A stretch of DNA of 64,000 bases from Felis catus (lineage: Eukaryota). This document shows, one piece after another, positions 49,781 through 61,539 of the stretch. The stretch spans positions 225,806,001 to 225,870,000 of the forward strand of contig NC_058368.1 in assembly GCF_018350175.1 (NCBI RefSeq), read 5' to 3'. The translations under genes were made by a program, and so were the position numbers. The notes below the pieces were generated by a model. That model was not told the DNA's origin. It did not search any database and worked only from the letters and a program-made list of their open reading frames with translations. The stretch's first letter is position 1; each line of letters begins with the position of its first letter.

Positions 49781-51299
49781 ATTGGGGGCTGATGTAAGAG
49801 TTAGTGTTGACTTCTAACTATGCTATTTCCCCCTCGTTTATATTCCCCGGGGAATATGAGGTGTTCAGTAAAGGTTTGTTGAAGGAATTAGTGATTCAGT
49901 TCTCTTCCGTCCTCCAATACAGTCATGGAAAATCTCTCCCAGGCATAGAAAATGTTTACCACTTGTGAAATCCTGCTTTGACCCAGCTGGGCTAATATTT
50001 GAAATTGATTAAGAACATGGGGGAACAACGCAGTCTGTCCTTGTTGCAACGTGGGTTGGTTGTGTATGAGATCTCTTGATCGCCCGTTAACGGGCAGCAC
50101 CCTTCTCCAAACTTTGAAGCACCCCCCCCCCCGCGACCACCAAAGCTTCTGCTAATCAAGCTCCTGTGAAAGCTGATTTCTATTTTACAAACACAGGGGG
50201 ACATTCTTTGCCATCCCCCAAATGTGATCAAGGTCCCTGGATTCAGATGCTGGCCCAGCTGCTGCGCGGTGGGGTGTGGAGAGAGGTGTCCCAGGGCTCT
50301 CCTGACAGAGGAGGAGCCCACTGTGTCAGCTTTGCTTACTCCCAGCCTTCTGTCCCCTCATGAGCAGATCTGTGGCAAGAGCCATTCAGTTGTCTTCCTG
50401 CGTCTCTTCACTGTGTACGTCTGGGTCCCAAGGAAGTGTGTTGGGTGCAAATGTTATAACTTTTCGTGTGGGGAAATAAAAATAGCATGGGGAAAAATGA
50501 ATAAAAAGATGAAAGGATCGTCTGTAGCCTTATGACTCTAAAAAATCCTATTAGGTTTTATTTTGTAGCACTTTGGACGGATTTTCTTGGCATAGTTATG
50601 GTAATCGTATAAGATAATGTGCAATTTTGTATACTGTTTCCCCCCCCCCCCCATGGGCATTTCCCCAGTGGCATATAAACACTTGGGAAACATTTTTTAA
50701 TGCCTGCAAAATATTCTCATCTTTGGATTTTTCCATACCTATTATAACTATACTATTGAACGTTATTTTGTCATGAAAACGTGAGTGATGTATACCACTT
50801 AATTTTTTTCTAATTTCGGGATTGTTTGATCAAAGTGTGTGAAATACGAGCTGCCAGTTTCCTGAGGACTGGACCCAGAAACATTTCCACCATGCCCTGT
50901 TGGTCAAGCAACCAAGGGATCTAGAGTTCAAGAGACAGGAAGTGGACCTCACTTCTTGGGAAGAACGTCAAAGAATTTGGGGGTTTTATTTTAAAACTTG
51001 TAAAAAGAAAAAAATGTTTACTTACTATTTATGAAATATGTATCATTTCTCATTTGAGAAGATATCTGTGGTGAAGCTGTTTATCTGGCCCCTTAACAGA
51101 ATCACAAACCAGTGACATTTCTTCCTCACAGAGGAGTCCAGTGGTCTTGTTTCTTGATGAATATACTTACTTGTATAGAATAGCTTTCCAATCAGCTGAA
51201 GCTCATATCTTTAGGCATAAGCACTCAACTATTTTAACCAGTCTGTAGAGTGCCTATAGGCATGGTCTTGGAATTATGCAAAACTTTTTTCAATCCTGG

Positions 51300-51497
51300 C
51301 TACTGGTCCCAGGCTCACCATTTACTAGCTTGGTGACCTTGGGCAAGTTTCTTAACCTCTTACTTTATCAGTAAAGTGGGGATAATAATGCTTACTTTAC
51401 AGGTTTGTTTTATGGATCAAATATGTAACTCACACTAAATATTTAGTTTAGCGAATGGCTCCTTTGTAAGTCCTCAGAAAGTAGTTAATAGCAGTAA
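51300..51497 (+). mobile_element. MIR
   Basis: tactagcttggtgaccttgggcaagtttcttaacctct...ggggataataat. Confidence 0.85.
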
Positions 51498-54400
51498 TAC
51501 ATACTGCCTTGAGCAGTATAAAATAGGTCACTCTCTACTGAAAACACTTTAGCTATCTGTGGTCCCATCCTTGTGAATATCCCGATCACCCGTCATGACC
51601 TATATGGAGGATTCACAACATGTGCAGGCCATCCGCTCTGTCTAGGTGGTGGCTTGGCCAGGGATGGTTGCAGAATTGCCCACTGCAATCCTAGCTGGTC
51701 AGGTCTAGATGGTCTGCGTGTTCTTTCTGTTTGGAATAGGGCCGTGAGGGTTGTGTGTTTGATTCGCAGTGTTTTGACCCTTCCCAGGATTGCTTTAACC
51801 CAAGTGAGCATGTGCCGAGTGAGAGTATTTACCTCTTTTGGGGGAAGCGAGGAGGTCTGCCCAACACATCTTTCACTGAGCTGAGTATCCACAAGAGGAA
51901 GTTCAGGTTCAGGACATGCACGTGTCTTTTGTCCAGGTGGTTTGTTTTTAAGCTTGTGAGCACCTGTGATCTTGCAAACGATCGTATTTCCATCTCTGAT
52001 TTAGCCATTTGGAGGTAAAATTACAGCTCTTCTCTAACAAGTTATCGGAACCCTCTGGAACACATGTCCCCTCCCCCTGGGATTTCTGATTTTCTTTCCC
52101 ATCAGGTCTCATAGCCCACCCCCTCCTGCCCCATGGCCACATAGGCTGTGCACTAAGGCATCCGGCCGAGCGAGCCCGGAGGCCGTCTTTGTCTCTGACC
52201 CCAGGCTGTGTGGGGTCGCATCTCCTGGATGAAGGTGCATCATATTGTCCAAGGGCATCTCTTGTTTTCTGTGTACTTCTATCAGTAACCCCAAATCTTT
52301 CGTGAGCGGGGGCGAGGCACAGTAGTTACCAAGAGGGTGGCCTCTGCCAGACACAAATTAATGATACACACATATATGAAGAAACCGGAAATTAAGAGTT
52401 CCATCTGCCTCGTTCTTAACTTGGACCAGGAGACAAAAAGCTATTCAGTTCTAGAAGAGGCTCGTCAAGGGATGGAGACAGGGAGACAGGAACACGATGC
52501 CTCAGCTTTGTGTTTGAGAAAATAGGGCATCAGCTGGCAGTGCTGAAAGAAAGGTCGCTTTGAAAATCAGTCATTTTCTTCAGCAGACTTCTCTTTCAAC
52601 TAAAATTCAGGGATTTCAGCTTGTGTCTGGGGCTGTTGGGCCGCTTGGCAACCCAGTAAGAATGGCTAATAGGAGGCGTCCTAAGCTCCAGAGGAGAGAC
52701 CTCCAGGCAGAAGTGAGTTAAAACTGTTTCTCTTCTTCTTCCCAGCGGTTCTTGTGAAACCACCGGTAAACCCTGAATGGGAAAATAAAAATGGCCTCCT
52801 GGGGACCTCTTGGCTTCTGGCTCGTTGGCCAGAGTAATGTTCCTTTATTCAGTGTCTTCTGTGAGTGAGAGGAAGTCTGGCACGACGGCTCTACCCCCGA
52901 TCTGCCCTTGCCTGTGCTTTTCCTCATTTTCCCTCCTCCCCTCGCTCCTCCACTGTCTCTCGAACCCCCATGCTCCCCTTGGACCTTCACACAGGGAGCT
53001 GCCTTCTCTCGCCCGCACAGCCTGCCATCTCCTGAGTCCCACGTTGGCAAAACCTGTACATAGCAACACATGGCACGACGTCTAGGTCACAAAGTGTTCT
53101 GGTGCAGAAGTTGGGAAACAGTGGGGGTAGAGAGTGTCCCGGACGTCCCTGGAAGAAAGCGCAAGTGAGGTGGTGGTCAAGAGGACAGGTGTGTGACCGT
53201 GCTTCATAGGGACGAGCTAATCCCCTCATTAGGGATACAGATGAAGTAACGGTCTTGGAAGGAGGCTCCCATGAGCCTTCCGAGCCAGGCCAAGCTCTCT
53301 TCCCTACTTCAGCCAAATTTGCGTGGGGTTGGCCTGCCCTGGGTATGATTGTCACCCACTGGGTAAAGTCCACCAAGTTCTATTAAGGATGTTGCTCTGT
53401 GGCTTTAGCAGTATTGGGGGAGGAATGGCCACACTCTGAATTCTTTGCCTTAGAAGAGAGGACTGCCATTTTGAGCGTCTGACGTGGAAGAGGTTAGGGA
53501 AAGACTCGAACCCCCCAAATGTCCCCTCTCCCTGGTAACTGACTTATGTAGGGTTGCTGCTTCTCAAGGGTGGAGACTGGTGCTCCGGAGTTGGGTACCC
53601 ACACACGTGTGGCAGTGCCCAGGGAGCGTCACATAATCATCCCAGGGTGAACGTGGCCTCCTTGACAGCTGTAAACAGAACAGGAAGCTGTGCACAAATA
53701 GTGCTCTGTGACTCAGGCAGGGACCTCTCATGGTGGTGTTTTAGTTGAAATGCAGGCAAATGCCTTTCTTTCTGGAAAAGAAAACAAACCCATCTATCAG
53801 TGGAGCATCTTCATATTCTATAAAAATTATACCTATAAACTCCATTTTCAGATAAGGGGAGGAGATTGTAAGCGAGTTTCTATTTTTCTGGAAATTACTA
53901 GTGTCTACTGCTTAGAGCGTATCTATTCCTGTAGGCAGGAATCACAAATTATGTGACATATGTATGTGTCAACGTGGCTCCCTTTTCGTCAGACGTTAAC
54001 AGAATGTTTCTGGAGGAGCTTGTAGCATAAGTGGCAGATAAATTTCCTTCCAAAGTCATTGGACCAAACGTGAATTGTAAATAGTCGTAGTTTCTCCATT
54101 CAGAGATATTTTGGACACTTCCTTTTAGAAGCATATTTGTTTGTGCTAAGGAAGATTTCGAGATGTAGGTTCTGTTATAAAAGGAACACGCATGTAGATA
54201 AGTTATAAACCTAGAATGAATCTACTGGCTTGCTCAAACAAGAAGAGATGTGCTCAGTAAAGTAAAACACAGCCAACATTGGCACTGACGAGAAGAGAAG
54301 TAACTGATAATCCCTTTTTGGGAACAGCAGAGGGGAAAGTGGGGAGCTGTTGAGGCAAGTGTTGAAGATTTGATGGCACAAGTCTTTATTGTCTCATGCC

Positions 54401-55271
54401 AGCTCCTGTGAACTGGAAAGGGTGCCTGGAGTTTTGATAAGGATTGGGAGTCCTGGTCAGGAAAGTTCTGGAAAGAGTGTTATGCCAGATCAGTGTGGTC
54501 CGTCATGCTTCGGGGAGGGCAGAGCAGTTGTGTGAGTGAAGCACAGGGGGTCAGGGTGTGGATGGGGAGTATGGCTGTAACAATGGTCTGTGTTAATTTA
54601 GATAAATTTTGAAAGACTCTAAAAGCTTTCAAGACTGTTGATGGCACTTTGACTTTTTCCTTCCCGTTAGTTAACAACGTTCTAAAGTTTGAGACCTTAG
54701 CAGCTTTACCTGGGAAGAACCTGAGGGTGAGATGTCTCTTTGCTAAAACCTGGATAAACTTCTAGAACAAGGTCTATTTTAAGATCAGAAGGAAATTTTT
54801 CTCACCGTAATATTTCCAGTCCAATCTGGCATATGTAATAGCTTCACCAGTGATACAAGAAATCGTGTGCTTCTATTTCATTTATTATTAACAGGAGGGC
54901 TATCTTGCATCTCACTGCTGTCCGGTGACTTGCAAGGCGGGCGGGTTGGAGCCAGCAAGACCTGGGTTTTGATCCTGGTGCTGCAGGTTCTTGGCCGTGT
55001 CAGCTTTCTGGAAAATGGGGGTATCCTGCCCCCCTTATCAGATTGAAGTGAGGATTAGAGAGAACGTAATGAAACTCCTTATTGCACTTCCTAGCACTTG
55101 GTGCATGCACGATACATGGGAGCTGTTCTTGTAGCCCAAGTTCTCTGCACAGTTCCCAGTTAGCTGGCTGAGTTCATCAACGGCTTCCATCACTGCCGCG
55201 TAGCTGCACGGCTCAGGCCCCTGACGCCCTGAGCCTGGCAGACTGGCGCAGCTCACGGGTCACGTCCACAC

Positions 55272-55407
55272 TGCAGCCTGTTTTTGTAGGTCACGTGTTG
55301 GCAGAACACAACCACGCTCTGTCATTTGCATGTTGTCTTTGGCTTTCCCCGTGCTGTAATGACAGAGTTGCTCTCTGGCCCTTTACAGAAAATGTTTGTC
55401 TACTGTG
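55272..55407. mobile_element. MER58A-like fragment
   Basis: gcctgtttttgta...gaacacaaccacgc...tctggccctttacagaaaatgtttg. Confidence 0.7.
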
Positions 55408-55542
55408 CACTTGCTTCCACCGTTTGAGTTGTGTTCTTAGCAACGCAGTGTGTTTATTCTCCAGTCTCTTAATGCTATTGTAATTGCACAATTTCTCAAT
55501 TACAAGTTAGGTAAGTTGATGAAATAAAAATCAAAGGAGTAT

Positions 55543-56015
55543 TGTAGGAGATTCTGCCGGGTGTTCCCAAATACCCAGTTTCCCTTTCTCTGGAAATAGC
55601 ATCCCAGGTTTTAGTCGAGTGATACCACCAGTCATTGAATTACATTTCCTGGGCTCTCTTGCAGCTACGTATGGCCATGTAGCTGTGTTCCAGCCAGCAG
55701 GAGGTGAGCGGAAGCTTCACATGCCTCTTGTAGGCATGACCTTTAGGAAAGGAGTGCTCTCCGCTTCCCTTTCCCCTTCCTGGTGGCTACAACGTGGATG
55801 ACGTGGCAGGCGCTGCAGTTAATGGCCTTGGACCATGCGATGTTGAGAGTATCTGAGCAAAAAGATGCCAATAGCTTGGGTCGTGAACATCATGGAGATC
55901 CCACATCAGCCCCGGACCACTATGCCCTGCAGTATATGAGGGAGAAATGGCATTGCTCCCGTTGAAACCATTGTCATTTTGACATTTGATAGGATAGGTG
56001 AACTTACATCCTCAT
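55543..56015 (+). mobile_element. MLT1J-like MaLR solo LTR
   Basis: tacatttcctgggctctcttgcagct...tggccatgt, ccttggaccatg and cagccccggacc. Confidence 0.75.
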
Positions 56016-56689
56016 CCATATGACTGTTTACCTCTATGAAAACTAAGGTGAATGCATTTGAGAGAGGAAGAGAAGTTGCTAATCCAGCCTTTTTAAAAAA
56101 GCGGACAAACAACTAAAAAGGTTGGTGGGGGATGGGCATAGAAATGTGGAATGATCCTTTATGTGAGTTGTTCGATTTGTCATTAAGTGTTTGGGCCTCT
56201 TTAAATAAATGAAACGAGAAATCATGGTTCATTCATGGGGATGTGTTTTATGCAAGAACACCGATCTTTGTTCCAAGCCCTAACTCATTTGGTAATTTTG
56301 TAACCTCCCCCCGCCCCCCAGCACATATAGGCGAGCTAATATTTATTGGACTGAGTTGAATCCCCAAGAGTATACTGCTTGGGTGTCAGTCCCCAGCGAG
56401 CATCCAAGCTGTACCCTGAGTCTAAGAATAGTCATATGAACTTCTTGTTAATATGGTTTAGAATTAATATATAACTTATACCATCCTAGAGAAGGGAAGG
56501 AAGACGTTACCTAACCCTGAAAGACCGGCTTGAAAGTGACCACTGTTTGCAACACATAAGGATGGGATGTGATAGCCTTTGTAAATCTCATGATGCAAAG
56601 CTGAGAAAGGAATATTTAAGCACTCCCAGGTAATTAGGGCCTGAGGTTTACAGCACCCACTGGGTTTGGTCAATTTGCCTTTACATTCT

Positions 56690-56911
56690 TCCTCCTCCTC
56701 CTCCTCCTCCTCTTCTTCTTTTTAACATTTATTCATTTTTGAGAAAGAGAGACAGAGTGCGAGTAGGGGAGAGACAGAAAGAGAGAGCGAGACACAGAAT
56801 CTGAAGCAGATTCCATACGCTGAGCTATAGCACACAGCCCAACGCGGGGCTCCAACTCAGGAACCACGAGACCATGACCTGAGTCAACTGACTGAGCTAC
56901 CCAGGTGCCCC
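56690..56911 (-). mobile_element. Can-SINE with (CCT)n tail and a head deletion
   Basis: Perfect TSD tgcctttacattct at 56676-56689 and 56912-56925. Confidence 0.93.
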
Positions 56912-58654
56912 TGCCTTTACATTCTAACCCCATCTCTGGAATCTCCAGCAACATGTTTCCAAGGAAATCATAGTTTCCTGCTTGGACCAAACACAGAATT
57001 TCTAGTTGTATGTTTTACTGACTCCGCAAAAGAAATTGAAGTCTGCAGCGTGTAAGCCACCCTCACAGATCAAGCTGACTGAGTCTGCAGAAGGCAGGCC
57101 AGCAGGGCATCTGAGCGCCTGGAAATCAGCGAGCCCTTGTAAAGGAAGGACAGAATTCCTCATATGGCTTTCAGTTTCCCCATTGCAAGACCATAAGCAT
57201 TTAACATATCCTCACAGCCTCAGAAAATGGAACTAGACTAGGCCTTTCTCAGCTTATTAGGAGGCATGTTTGCTGGGAAGCCTTTTTGGCCTGATCTGGC
57301 ACTTAGACATTAGTACTTGGAGTGTCACTGATAGCCACTGTCTGTCTAGAAGGTTCCTTTTCTCATCGGTATCACTAGGGACATTTTAAGGGATAGTGCC
57401 AGCCTCAAATAGTCCTCTCTCAAGTTAATACAAATTTCTGAGTATACTCCTCATGTGAGAACGTAAATGTTTGTTTAATAGCAGTAGAGGACTTATTCAG
57501 AGTTTTTGTGAATGAACAGATAGATACCTTCTGGAGTTTCAAATCCTTGAACAGAAGGCGTTGATTATCCCATCCACCAGTACTCCAACTAGTGTCCACG
57601 GACCGTCTGATTTCCAGAGGTGTTTCAGAGCTGGGCATGATCCCAAAAGAAATCCCAAGAAACCCGAGTTCTTCCGTCGAGGAGTCGGGCCTCCCAGGGG
57701 CCTCTGTGGTCGCCCTGTCACTGATCTGCGTGTTGTTACATCCCTGCATTCTTTAGCACGGTGTGTTAAAGGAATGCCAATTTCCTTTGCTCTTGTGATT
57801 CTGAAGAGTTGATACATGACAGAATTGGCAGAGTTGATTCATTCTTGGCCTTTCCGGCTATATATTCAGGGCAAACTTAATTTTTACCTTAACCTAATCA
57901 CATACTTGGCATCTGAGGTGTTTGCTGGCTATGATATGTAGAGAGGTCACCCAGACCATGTTGGATCTGGGTAGTTTTGTTAAAGGTGACATAAATCAGA
58001 AGGGACAGGGCCCTTTTTTGTTTATAACACGAGGAGCAATGGCACATATTTTTCTTTAAAAACAATTCGTGTCTATAGAACCCAGCATTTTGATGAGCCG
58101 TTTTTTCACATTTCTTGAAAATGCATTATGGTCACATGAGCTAGAATATAACGACAAGAATGTGCATGATTGATTCAGTTCTGATGAAAATATAGAATAT
58201 CTTTCACAGAATATCTTTTAAGGCAGTGATTAAAGCACCTATCTATGTCTGTGTCTTTCATTGCATGTTGTTTGTTGAAAATAGTCTTTGTGGTGTTCAG
58301 AGTCACAGGTGATTTTCTTTGGCCATCTGGCTCCTTCGGTGCCACCTTGGCTGTGGTGAGTTCCCTGAGGACTCATTACCTTTATGGCTATGGCTTAAGG
58401 TTATGAGCTCTCGAGTAGGCCAGCATGAAATGTTTAGCACCACTTAATTAATCTACTTAGCTGGGTGGAGACGCCCTTGGAACGTCCAGGCCCAGTTACA
58501 TGCTGCTTCCCAGCAGTTTTGTCCTTGTGTTCTAGACAGTTGTCCCATAGGAAAAGTAAATGATGGAGGTTGATCAAAGAGCTGTTTCATCTTGCTCAAG
58601 GATCTTATCAAGTCTACTTCACATACTTAAATTATAAAGGACAAGCAGAAAATG

Positions 58655-58702
58655 GAAGAAGAAGAAGAAGAAGAAGAAGAAGAAGAAGAAGAAGAAGAAG
58701 AA
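58655..58702. repeat. (GAA)16 trinucleotide repeat
   Basis: Read directly; flanked by agaaaatggaa direct repeats. Confidence 0.97.
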
Positions 58703-59846
58703 AATGGAATAATAGCCAACTATGCCATACCTTTTGCTGACCAGCAAATCCAGGGAACAATGACCTGGAGTGAGAGGAGTAAGGGGCATGGATATAACCT
58801 GGTGTCAGAGGGGTCTGTGCTAGGTGTGAACACACACTTGTCACTTTGCTGTGACATCTGATGTTGTGAAGGTGACGTCCTAGAAATGGCAAGAATACTG
58901 GGCAAGCAGATGGTCTCCAGCCTTCTGGCTGGGCAGTCAACCCACACATAAGACACACATAGCCACCATCAGCTTCTCCTGAACACCAGACAGAAACTTG
59001 AACTCTGGAGGCGGAGATAAATGTCTGTAGTAGGTAAAAATGAAGAGCAGACGGGTGGACAGCTCGCTGGCATCATGAGGTTCAGCCCACATCATTCGAA
59101 TCTCATTTATTTGCACTTAATTACATCTCACGAGAGAAGGGTAATTTTTAAAGCTAAGGTTTCCTGAGCAAATTAATAATGTGAGTGAAAACGAAGTATT
59201 GGAGGAACTCTTTCAGTAGCTATTTGGGGGACCTCTTTAAGTTTTTATACATAAAAGACACAAAGACGATCATCTGATGGCCGTTCATTCAGAGATACAT
59301 CACAGGGCAACTCCTTTTCAGTTCATCATTTGCTGAATTCCTATTGCGAGCTCATGTGTAGGAGAAAGTAGGGGAAATGCATTCCCACAGAAACGCTCTC
59401 TAAATCATACAGGTTGGATTCATTCGTTGTTACCATTTTGTTTTCCCAGGGAGCCTGTCAGTTGGAGCAATAACTTCTTTGAGGTCTGTCCCCACTCCAT
59501 ACCGTCAGCCACTGCACAGCCTCCCGGGGGCAAAGACGCCTCCAGAATAACACATTTCGTGTGCCATTATCCACTTCTGCCTTTTCTCTAACACATCCCT
59601 CTGCCTCACAGATGTTCTTTCCAGATCCAACAGCATGTCAGGAAGGTAACCTCCACCATCCTCTTTCTGGTCTGTGCCTTCCACGCCCCCAAACACGTAC
59701 CCGTCTTCCTTGCGTGCTATCGTTGAGTACGGCGTTCTACTATTTTACCATGAACGCGCACAGTAGTCACACAATAGCTTGTTCTCAAAATCTGCTCTCC
59801 AGGGAAGAAGATTGAAGGTTTAGCAAGCATTAAGACGGCCTAATGA

Positions 59847-60039
59847 GGGGCACCCGGGTGGCTCAGTCGGTTGGGCGTCCAACTCAATTTCGACTCAGGT
59901 CATGATCTCATGGTTCATGAGTCTGAGCCCAGGGTCTGGCTCTGCACTGACAGCATGGAGCCTGCTTGGGATTCTCTCTCTCTCCCTCTCTCTCTGCCCC
60001 TACCCCCCTCCCTCTCAAAATAAACAAACATTTAAAAGA
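59847..60039 (+). mobile_element. Can-SINE
   Basis: SINE consensus with A tail. Confidence 0.92.
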
Positions 60040-60059
60040 AAGATCATAAGGAGATTCTT

Positions 60060-60168
60060 GGGGTGCCTGGCTGGCTCAGTTGGTAGAGCATGTGACTCTT
60101 GATCTCGGGGTCATGAATTCAAGCCCCACATGAGGTGTAGAGATTACTTAAATAAGTAAGTTTTAAAA
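60060..60168 (+). mobile_element. Short old tRNA-Lys-derived Can-SINE
   Basis: tRNA-Lys(CTT)-like head plus agagattactt tail; TSD aagatcataaggagattctt / aaaatcataatgagattctt. Confidence 0.9.
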
Positions 60169-60321
60169 AAAATCATAATGAGATTCTTATTTTTTCTGTG
60201 ACTGATAAGAATGATCCTCTTGGTAAAGGGGTGTTCCTTTAAAAGCCACTGATGTCATCCAGTGGCCGGCTTAAAAATGAAGGTAAGTGAAAGATGTATT
60301 CTTTTAAAGGACTGAGGTGGG

Positions 60322-60528
60322 GGCGGGGAGGTCGTGCCTGGGTGCCTCCATCGGTTAAACATCCAATTTCCGCTCAGGTTGTGATCTCGTGGTTCATGGG
60401 TTCGAGCTCCGCATCAGGCTGTCTGCCGTCAGCACAGAGCCTGCTTCAGATCCTCTGTCCCCCTTTCTCTCTGCTCCTCCCCTACTCTCTCTCTCTCTCA
60501 AAAATAAATAAACATTAAAAAAAAAATA
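60322..60528 (+). mobile_element. Can-SINE
   Basis: Perfect 16-bp TSD aaaggactgaggtggg at 60306-60321 and 60529-60544. Confidence 0.93.
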
Positions 60529-61384
60529 AAAGGACTGAGGTGGGAATGTGGCCCATAATTTAACAGCCCAACACTTTGAACAAGTATCTCAGTGACTGAT
60601 GGTCACTCCAGGTTCGCCACATTCCAGGGTAGGCCCCTCTTTCACAAGGACTGACAACGAATTATGCAAGCAAAATTAATTTTAATTGGCCTTCATCACA
60701 AAAGCACTTGGGCGGAACTTGATCATTCAGTCTATTTGGCTCGTACCTGCATATTCAGGCCCAGTGCAGCGGGTAAGGTCTCTGGAAAACAAAACTCGGA
60801 GCTCTGTTGTTAATGACAGTCTTTGCACTGTAAGAAATGTGTTCTTTTGTATTGTCACAGAAATTTTGGTTTCCTATAACTCTGCCAAAAGCGAAAGAAA
60901 CAGGAGGGATGTTAACTTTTGACTCCAGCGGCAGATTCTGGATTATACTTCGCTGGAAATTGTGAGTCATGAGTAGAATGCAAAGAAAGGCGTTTATCTG
61001 AATTAGCAAACTCACCTCTCCATCACAGTTTCTGTTTTCCTTGAGGAATGTTTCTTGAGTCCCAGCTATTATTCGCCCTTTGGGGTTAAAGTAGAACCTT
61101 TTCTTCCCCCAGGGCCCGTGATTGAAGCAAATCTTGGCATTCACGAATGAAAGGGTGTTTAATCTCGTGCCTGTGTCAAGTGGGCGCTTGTTCGGAGCTA
61201 GTAATGGAATTTAAATTGTTCTCGCCCGGCCTGCTGAAAGTCTACTTGTTGAAAAGTTAACAAAATTGAAAACCCTGAAAAATAATGTCGGACTGGCATT
61301 TGTTCATAGAAACCAGAATAACACAAGAAGTTGAGTGATGGCGGTTGAGTGCCAGCCTTCCAGATTATCACTGATGGGGGTGGG

Positions 61385-61539
61385 CGGATGCCTGGGTGAC
61401 GCAGGTCATGCTCTCACGATTCGTGAGTTCGAGCCCCGCGTCAGGCTCTGTGCTGACGGTGTGGAGCCTGCTTGGGATTCTCTCTCTCTGCCTCTCTCTC
61501 TCTCTCTCTCAAAAATAAATAAACAACAACAACAAAAAA
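61385..61539 (+). mobile_element. Can-SINE with a head deletion
   Basis: gcctgggtgacgcag joined directly to gtcatg; B box gttcgagcc intact; (CAA)n in the tail. Confidence 0.88.

Noticed and set aside
48898..56689. 7.8-kb stretch free of Can-SINEs as a sign of constraint
   Set aside because: One such gap among 36 clustered insertions is not compelling, and the stretch contains older repeats.
58652..58861. Poly-Glu ORF
   Set aside because: Translation of the (GAA)n microsatellite.
60060..60135. tRNA-Lys-like sequence (also 39660-39739 on the minus strand)
   Set aside because: Has a SINE tail and TSDs and is diverged from tRNA-Lys, so it is a SINE rather than a tRNA gene.
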